Assembly: GCA_021432655.1 (NCBI GenBank)
Contig: MU271408.1
Location: forward strand, 9,373-71,510
Direction of reading: 5' to 3'
DNA from: Atractiella rhizophila
Lineage: Eukaryota
Length of the DNA: 62,138 nucleotides
Numbering within the stretch: position 1 is the stretch's first letter; every line of letters begins with the position of its first letter. The notes below the pieces were generated by a model. The model was given only the letters and a program-made list of their open reading frames with translations, searched no databases and had not been told where the DNA came from. Positions 54,732 to 62,138 of this stretch are shown in pieces. The position numbers and the translations under genes are program-made.

Positions 54732-55796
54732 TCAAAACGCGTCAGTGCTTAAAGTTGAACCTACTTTCACTTCATTCTCCTTCTCCTCGTCAGCCTCAAC
54801 CGCGAGACGAGATGCGACGAAATCTCTTAAGGTCTCCGCATTCCTCTGATTCCGCCTACCAAAACAAAACAGCATCAGCTTAGAGATCTCAAAGGTGACT
54901 AGGAAACGCGCTTCGTCTCTGACCATAGTTGTTTCTGTAGCTCTTCCACCTCTTCAGTTTCGTCCCTCGTGGAATGATGCGCGTCGACATCGTTGGGCAG
55001 GAGGATGTCATCGAGGCATTCCTCCAGTCTCAGCACAATAGGTTCAAGTAAACGTCGCAGAATAAAGGAGAGAAGGAGAAAGTGTACGCAGTCAGGAATG
55101 CAGGCATTTCGGATTCTAAGATCCCTTTCTTTTTGCTTTTGCGCATTCCTTGAAGAAAAGCGCTTCAACATCAAGAAAGGATGAGCTCGTTGCTGGTAAA
55201 AGGAGATGGGACTAACGCTGTGCTTTCTTTGATTAGTGAAAGCAGAAATGAGCGCTCTGAAAGCACGAGATGGCGCGTGTTCCCTGATCCTGCTCTCAAC
55301 TGAGACTTCAACGGGAGAAAAGACGTTCCGGTCTTCTCTTCTTCATTATCGTCAGCCCGCCTCTTCTGTTTCCCCTCTTTCGATTCCGGCTCGTGGTGTT
55401 TGGAACTGTTCTGTCCAAGCCTTGTTTTTGATTTGGGAATGACGTTTGCAGCTACTTCGCTCTCAGACTGCTGACCGTCGGTCCCCGAAGCCTCCGAGTC
55501 GGACAGTGAACGCTTTGCTCTCTTTTTAGGGCGAGATTCCGCGTCAGCCCAACCATGCGTGCGCTTCTTCGTCGTTTTAATTTCGCCCTGAGCTGTTTTA
55601 TGGACACAAGCAGATTTAAACACTCTGGTGGCTCAACACGGAAGGAGAAGACACACAGGTTCTTTTTGGGATTTGACGCGTTCTGGCCATCACGAGATCC
55701 GTTCCTCTCACTTTCAGTCTCCAGCTTGAGCTGCAGCAGAGTACAGTCGGCAATTTCCTGCAGCATAAGGTTTAAATAATTTGAAAACGGAACCAA
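54732..55796 (-). CDS. Hypothetical Lys/Glu-rich protein, multi-exon; 5' end unresolved
   Basis: Chain of minus-strand ORF segments separated by about 50-nt GT-AG gaps; NLS-like RPKKRAKR; no family recognised. Confidence 0.4.
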
Positions 55797-57188
55797 CCTT
55801 GAAACAAGGGGAACTTTATGTCGCTTTGAGAGTACTTCCGTACACTTCCTGGTTCTATCCTTTCCATCTCAAGCGCTCTTCGACAGACACCTAGCATATC
55901 AAGGAGGTTGTTTATAGGATTGTCATGCTGACACGAAGAACGTCAGATTGCAACCATATCATGGTGACCAAGTTTTTCGCTGGCAAGACGGATACAAGGG
56001 GACGAGGATAGAGGGGGAAATGGTGCACAGTAGTAGGCTGATATGTTTATTTATATGTTACTAGTGAGATTTTTTGTATGGATCCGCTTTTCAAACCTCA
56101 GTAAGAATTCGGACGAATTAATAACAGCTCTGGTGCTGTGGCTCTAAGCCAGTGTTGACGCTCTGGCTCAGAACTTCTAGAGACTCACGCTCTCCTTCGT
56201 GAGTAACCTTAATACACCAGAAGGAAGATAGTGTGCAACAAGAATTCAATTACATTCGCCCCTGTCAGCCTTTAAATCTATCATATTGCGTATAACTTGC
56301 TGTCTCCTCAGCCCCTCAGCATTCTTAGATGTCATAATTGCTCCAAAAAGGGATGTGATTGTGTTTTAGACGGAGTAATTAGAGGGAAGAGGATGAATGC
56401 ACCATCCAGTTTAGGTAGAGGACAGTGATGCAGCGCGCTTCGACCCTGCGTTTAGGAAACGGCGTATTTTCAGGGGCTGTTACATAGAATTTTGTTGTAA
56501 TTTGGCTGTTGTATGGAGAACTTCCCATTTTTTATTCTAGAATCTAGCCATGATTCTCGAAGTGATTTCAAGAGACCAACACATTGAAATGAAATGTGCG
56601 CTAGGCAGCTGGTTGTTGAATCGATATCGGACCCAATAGCAATAATTATAGACTTTCAATTATGGCCCCACTTTGTCAGTGTCTTTCAATTCGCCTTTGC
56701 CCCGTGACCAAAATGTGAGCATCGAGAATATTCAGATCACTCAATTACTCAGATTCTCCATCCAGACCCTCCAAATCTACCCTCAATTGACGAGTGACAT
56801 TCTAGAACTTCCACAAACTATTACCTTCTGCTTCAATTTGTACTTTTCCTCCTCACGAGCGGACGCATGGGTCAATGCTAGGCTTATTGCGAGGAGATAC
56901 GCAGGAGTACGAAGGTTCTCCAGTGCTTCTCTCCCGTGTCTGCAGCGCCTGCAGCGCTCATACTCAGCCGCGGGTTATGTCTCAGAGCGGCGTCTCCTTC
57001 AGTGTCAATCTGCATGGACAAGGTCACATTTATTGAGGAAGCGGGGTTCAGGAGATGCATATGATGCTCCACTCTAAGATACAACAGATTGTTTCGCTTT
57101 CGATCCTCAGTTCCTTGGCACACTTAAAGGCTTAAAGGCAGGTTAGACGTGAGACCTCTCACGGAGTTTTCGTTCACGCGTTGTAAAG

Positions 57189-60042
57189 ATGAGCTACCCC
57201 CTCAGCTACACTCATACTGAACCAGAAACGGAAAAGGAAAAGGGAACGATATTGGGAATTACTAAGTTGGAGTGAGCTCTTCAAAATTGCCACTAGATAC
57301 CGTTACTAAGCCTAGCAGTCTGAACTTGCGACACGACCGGTTCCATCGCTCTCTTCACCTGTCCAACAACCCTTTCACTGATCCTGAAAAGAAAGAGTTG
57401 TTCCAAGACTACAAGTTTGTTCAACACCGTCTTTCCTGACTTTCGACTTACTTTTTGCAGCCAACCTGAGCCAACACATTTTCGAAGTATTGCGGGTGGT
57501 CTCCAAACAGGGGAGCCGGAACCGTCCACGTCGACAATCGAGAAAGAAGAGGATCAAGACGCACCGCCAGCACCAGACGAGGAATGGCTCGGTGTGTTTT
57601 CTCTAGGTTAGAGTTACACCCATTGACTGTTGCCTAGATGGTCTGACCGATTTGTTCTTCGTAAGCGGGATGTTGAATTATTCTGCATTCCTCATCTAGT
57701 ATCAGGTCGGAGCCCTTGCCACATTCAATGAGGATCACGAGCTTTCAACAAAAGCACAACTCGTTAACTTTGCTGCCTACTTCATGGTCATTTGGTGGAT
57801 TTGGGTCTCCCAAATATTGCTTGATCTGAAATTTCAAACCTCGGACGGTTTTACTAGGTTCATTAAGATCTATCAGGTCCTGTCATATTCGAAATCATTT
57901 TCCCCCTTTTCACTGACCACTTTCATTGTACAGCTCCTCATCTTCGCTACTCTGGGTTCCTACAGCGCCAAGATGGATATCACCTTCCCCCTAGCTGAAG
58001 TCGGTCTTTGCTCGTTTACAAAAGCTATCTAACTATTAATGCAGGGTTTCACTAGCGAGCAAATGCTGGCAACAGGATGGTTCAGCCAGGAAGAAGCAAA
58101 CGTCTTGCCGATTTTTAATGACAAAGACACGAAATCTGCTCTGCAAGCTTTCGCCATTGTCTACATCATTTCTCGGGCTGTACTCGTCCTCCAGTATATT
58201 CGTCGTAGGTAATCGTCAGCATGCATGGGAAGACTTGTGACATAGGTGAAGTACAACTTTACATCAGTTACGGAAAACAGCCGATTTCCACAGGACAATT
58301 TCGAAAGCCAATCTTTTTTCCCATTCTGTCCGGCACTATCTCTGCGATCGCATGGGCTGTGGGATATGTTCTACTTACAAGACACCCCAGTTCAAAAGCC
58401 CTCGCCATCACGAGGCTCGTTCTTTGGTTCGGCGGCATTGGTGTAGAGCTCGCAGCGGAGGCGATGGTCACGCTTGTGAACGGTTATATCAAGTTCAGGA
58501 GAACTCAGTTGGGAACGAGGGTGGGACTGTTCACACTCATCATTCTCGGTAAGACCACAACTATGCGACTGTACTGTGGCTGATTTAACCAGGCGAATCC
58601 ATCATATCCATCGTTCAAGTAGGCAAATTTCTTGTTGGAGGGTCTGGGTACAGCGTTAGGACGTACATCCAGCTGTTGTGTTCATTTCTCGTCATCTACT
58701 GCGTCTGGTATGTATCTTGGTTGTTTTCACAATCGACTGTCATCATTTTTAGGGCAATTTATTTTGACGGGTTCGCAAAAAAAAATTGATGGAGGTCGTC
58801 TGCGAACTATCTGGTGGTTGTATGCGCATTATTTTGTGCAACTGTGCATTGTTTTCTTGTTCGTCTCAAGCCTGCTGAGTTCCAAGTTGCCCTAATAATC
58901 CTGAATCTAGGTTCGCCAGTATGGCTAGCTGCCTCAACTTCCTGGTCAGCACCAGTAAACTTGTGTTATAATCTGACACCGGTGTATTGGTGGTCAGAAT
59001 GCGGCAGACGTTGCCAACAGGCTGCAGATCATCGTTTATAATCAAACTCTCAACTTTATCCTGGACCATGATGTCAAAAACCTACTCTACCATCCTGCTC
59101 CTGGCCTCCTTTTCAACATCCAGGACGAGAACAACAAAGAAATCATCAACTTTATGAATGAGTACGTGAGCGACTATAGCTGGTTTGTCTCACCCCTCTT
59201 TTCCCACGAACCTCCTAATTTTTAAAGGCTGGGGTTCGTAAGTTATTCCTTTGTTGGCTGAAGAATCGACTCGAAGTTGTTTCAGCTCTCAGAGGCAAAT
59301 ACCACGTTCTACCAAGTTTTGGCCGAGAATGGATTCAATGGAAGTCAGCAGGACCTGTTGAATCAAGCGAACCAGGCTATTCTCTCTGAGGAATACAAAC
59401 TCGATATCGCAATTATTATCGGAGAGTTTAAAGAGTTCAGGATTAATTTGGACGAAGAAACAATATATACGGGCCGGGGCTTCACGATTTCGGATTTTGT
59501 TTCCTTTGGTAGGTATTCTTCAATTCATGACTTCATCTAGAAGTTGTTACTGACTCTGAACATAAGATAATTACTGGGAATGGATTGCCCAAGTCTCCAC
59601 CGACTCTTTGAAACCTTCTCTGTTCCTCCTTCCGGTGGCTGGCGGATTCTTGATTTCTATTGTCGCTCTCCGCTTGAATACTCGCTTGCCAAAAGGTGAG
59701 CTCCGCATTTTGCGAAAGGAAAGGTATAGCTCACACGGGCTCAAAAAGACATGTGGGACTACGTCTCACTTGCAATTATCTCCATCTTTGGGGTTGTGTT
59801 CCTGTTCTTTGCACTATTTTCTATAGGGCATCAGCACATTAGGGAAGATGGGATCTACCCCTTGATACCCTATAAATTGGTGGCAGCGGAATGGTTGAGT
59901 ACGTCCTCGTGTCTCCGTCCTTGCACCGCCAACCTCCAAATATACAGTCCCGACCGTCCTCATCATCTTTGCGACGATCGTCATCAGCGAGCAAGTGTTA
60001 CTATTTTTCGTCCGACGTGCTTACGTGAAACAAGAGAAATGA
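57189..60042 (+). CDS. LtrA-like (low temperature requirement A) multi-pass membrane protein, many short exons
   Basis: EEW..LTDLFF|VGAL, FMVIWWIWVSQILLDLKF, LGTRVGLFTLIILG|ESIISI (compare LtrA ERxGLFTIIVLGE), IWWLYAHY. Confidence 0.7.
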
Positions 60043-60290
60043 ACAGTTTGAGGTTCTTGTCATGAAGCTTTCAGGTTTAATTTTGACGCCTTTCTTGTGC
60101 ATGTGAGAGCTCCGTGCACGCTCCACAGCTCTTTGACCATTTGTTCCAATACTAGCAGCTCATACCAAATGCACGGGCAGGCTTTGAGTGGAATTGCGAC
60201 TGTCGCATTTGATGCTGCCGCACCTCATGACTCGGAATCTCTCACCTTCTCGACCTGAACCTGCAGACGAAAAAATGCCAATGGAAGGCC

Positions 60291-61499
60291 ATGGCTCCAC
60301 CATTACCTACTGAAATTCTCCATGAAATATTTCAAGAAGCGATTTACGATTATCCCGACACTTTGCACTTTTCTGGCGATCCAGCCATGCAGGGACGGCG
60401 AAACCCGGCTTTGGAGGACCTGAAATCTGTTTCTCTCGTCTGCAATTCGTGGACTGCGATGGCTCGCCGCCTTATCATAATGGATTGCTCTATTTTCTCC
60501 CGGAAGCAAGTAGCGTTCATAAAGAGTGCTTGCAAGAAGAACGGCACAAGGGACCTTATTCGACGACTACGCCTGAGTTGTTTCCAGAAAGGCAAATCAT
60601 CTACTTTAAACCCGATGGTTGGGGGTCTTCTGAATGCCCTTCCGTCGTTGCGGGAGCTCATCATCGACTGACACCATGTCAAGAAAGATGAGGTAAATAT
60701 GAGTTCACTCCTGGAGGAAATTCGGTCTCGTGATATCCCAAATCTTACCTTGAAATTGAGATGTGCTGGAGATGGATTTGCTTACTTGTTTTATCTCATC
60801 AGCACGATGAATCTGAGAGGACTAGCTTTAATTGCTTGGGGATGCAATTACTTCCCGCACAATGTTTTCTGGAATGGACAACCTACTTCATCCATCGACC
60901 TTTACACTCTTACGATAGCCAGCGCAAACATTGGATTTACGTTAACCCAATGCATAAAAATCTACAGTCTTTGTTCCTCTTTGAAAGAGCTCAATCTATT
61001 CGACGATTGCGTGAAGTTTTGCTATATATACCGCAGGATTCCACAGAACAGTGTCGTTCCTGAGGCTATTGCGAAGTTCACGTCTCTGCGAATTTTACGA
61101 TTTCTCGCGCTCAGGCACGATTTCACCAAGGAAGATTGGTTAAAGCTTCTCCAAAATCTCATGCACTCCAGCATCCACCACTTGTCAGCTTTTTGGCTAC
61201 CTTTCCGACATACCAAAGCACTTCCGGAAGATGTACTCGAATGCATAGAACTTCTCCCAGCTTCTTTGCGGAGTCTCGAACTGGAATTTACCACAGTGTG
61301 TCAAGCACAAGTCATTCGGCGATTTTCTACAAGTCTCAAGATGCCCACTTTGCGCTTGATCATGTTCAGAAATTGTTTTCTTCCAATCGGAATGGTGGAG
61401 GAGTTAGTTGCTGAATGTAAGGAGCAGCAACATTGCGCCATAGTACTAACAGAAAGGAAGATCAGGAAAGATGATTTCGTTTGGTATTTCACATTCTAG
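60291..61499 (+). CDS. F-box protein with LRR-like C-terminus; in-frame TGA at 60669-60671 (pseudogene, readthrough or hidden intron)
   Basis: PPLPTEILHEIF...LKSVSLVCNSW F-box; ORFs 60291-60671 and 60699-61499 share one frame; LRELII, LKELNL, LRILRF, LRSLEL repeats. Confidence 0.7.
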
Positions 61500-61947
61500 A
61501 GTGTGAACATTGTGAGCTGAAGCAATTTGTTAGAAATCACATGGCTTTGGCCCACAAGCTTACAGTACTTGTAATGTGAAGACTGTTTTGCATGTTTTCA
61601 GGTCACAGCCGTTCACATTCTGGCGATCTGGCTGGTATGAAAGTATGAAATGAACTGAATTGAAAGCATCAATGTGTAAACTCAACGAGTGTCTCCTCCT
61701 CAAGCTCACAACCCTGTTCTTTGAGTTGCTCTTCATCATACACTGTGCATGTGAAGAAGACGCTGGCTTGGAAAGATCCGGAAGGAAGCTTTTGCTCCTT
61801 CTCCGGCCACGTCGGCACGTTGTCGCACCAAACCAAACGACCACAACGAAAAGACTCACTTCCCCAACGCTTGTTGTAAGTTTTTTTCCCTTGATATTTA
61901 GCATGGGAGAGTAGTAATGAGGCGTTCGTAGCATAGAACCTTTAGCT

Positions 61948-62138
61948 ATGGCCCAACCGTGCGTTTTCTGCATTTTTTCTGGCCAGTTCAGGAGGTGAAG
62001 TTTGAATCTTGGTATGGTGTGGGTTTGTAGAGTCCCTCCTGCCTGGAAAGATATCGGAAAGAGCGCTTCCGACCTCCTTGGAAAGGATTACTACATCTCG
62101 TCAACCTCTCTCGAGGTCAAGACTACCGCTCCTAATGG
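61948..62138 (+). CDS. POR1: Mitochondrial outer-membrane porin (VDAC), 5' part; intron 61959-62030
   Basis: Spliced MAQP|VPPAWKDIGKSASDLLGKDYYISSTSLEVKTTAPNG matches the VDAC N-terminal helix and first strand; absent from the ORF track. Confidence 0.9.

Overview
Eukaryotic, gene-dense, intron-rich fungal DNA; most introns are about 45-70 nt. A basidiomycete origin is inferred, mainly from a Ubc2-type Ste50 with two SH3 domains and a DUF6534 protein. About 26 protein-coding loci were reconstructed by eye, in order: MET1 (5' part outside the window), a RAD57/XRCC3-like gene, a GPI-anchored aspartic protease, MutY, an arrestin-domain protein, a Tyr-type GST, a tentative hypothetical gene, a TMA23-like G-patch protein, PKC1, Hsp20, two aldo-keto reductase (AKR) paralogs flanking a DUF6534 gene (plus a 1.13-kb tandem duplication of the first AKR's 3' half), a BSD-domain protein, Ubc2/Ste50, Ohr, SEN1, two secreted SMP-30/lactonase paralogs flanking LIN1 and endosulfine, RIB7, a second hypothetical gene, an LtrA-like membrane protein, an F-box gene with an in-frame TGA, and the start of the VDAC porin gene. 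No rRNA, tRNA, CRISPR array or recognisable transposase was found. The strongest non-coding signal: all four unusually long introns (278-514 nt) show complementarity between their 5' and 3' ends, which would fold them back to roughly normal intron length. The SEN1 intron also hides a frameshifting cassette exon whose donor site is covered by a perfect 12-bp long-range duplex. Both AKR promoters share a CCTCCACA direct-plus-inverted repeat architecture. Exon boundaries and pairings were read manually and need RNA-seq and folding confirmation.
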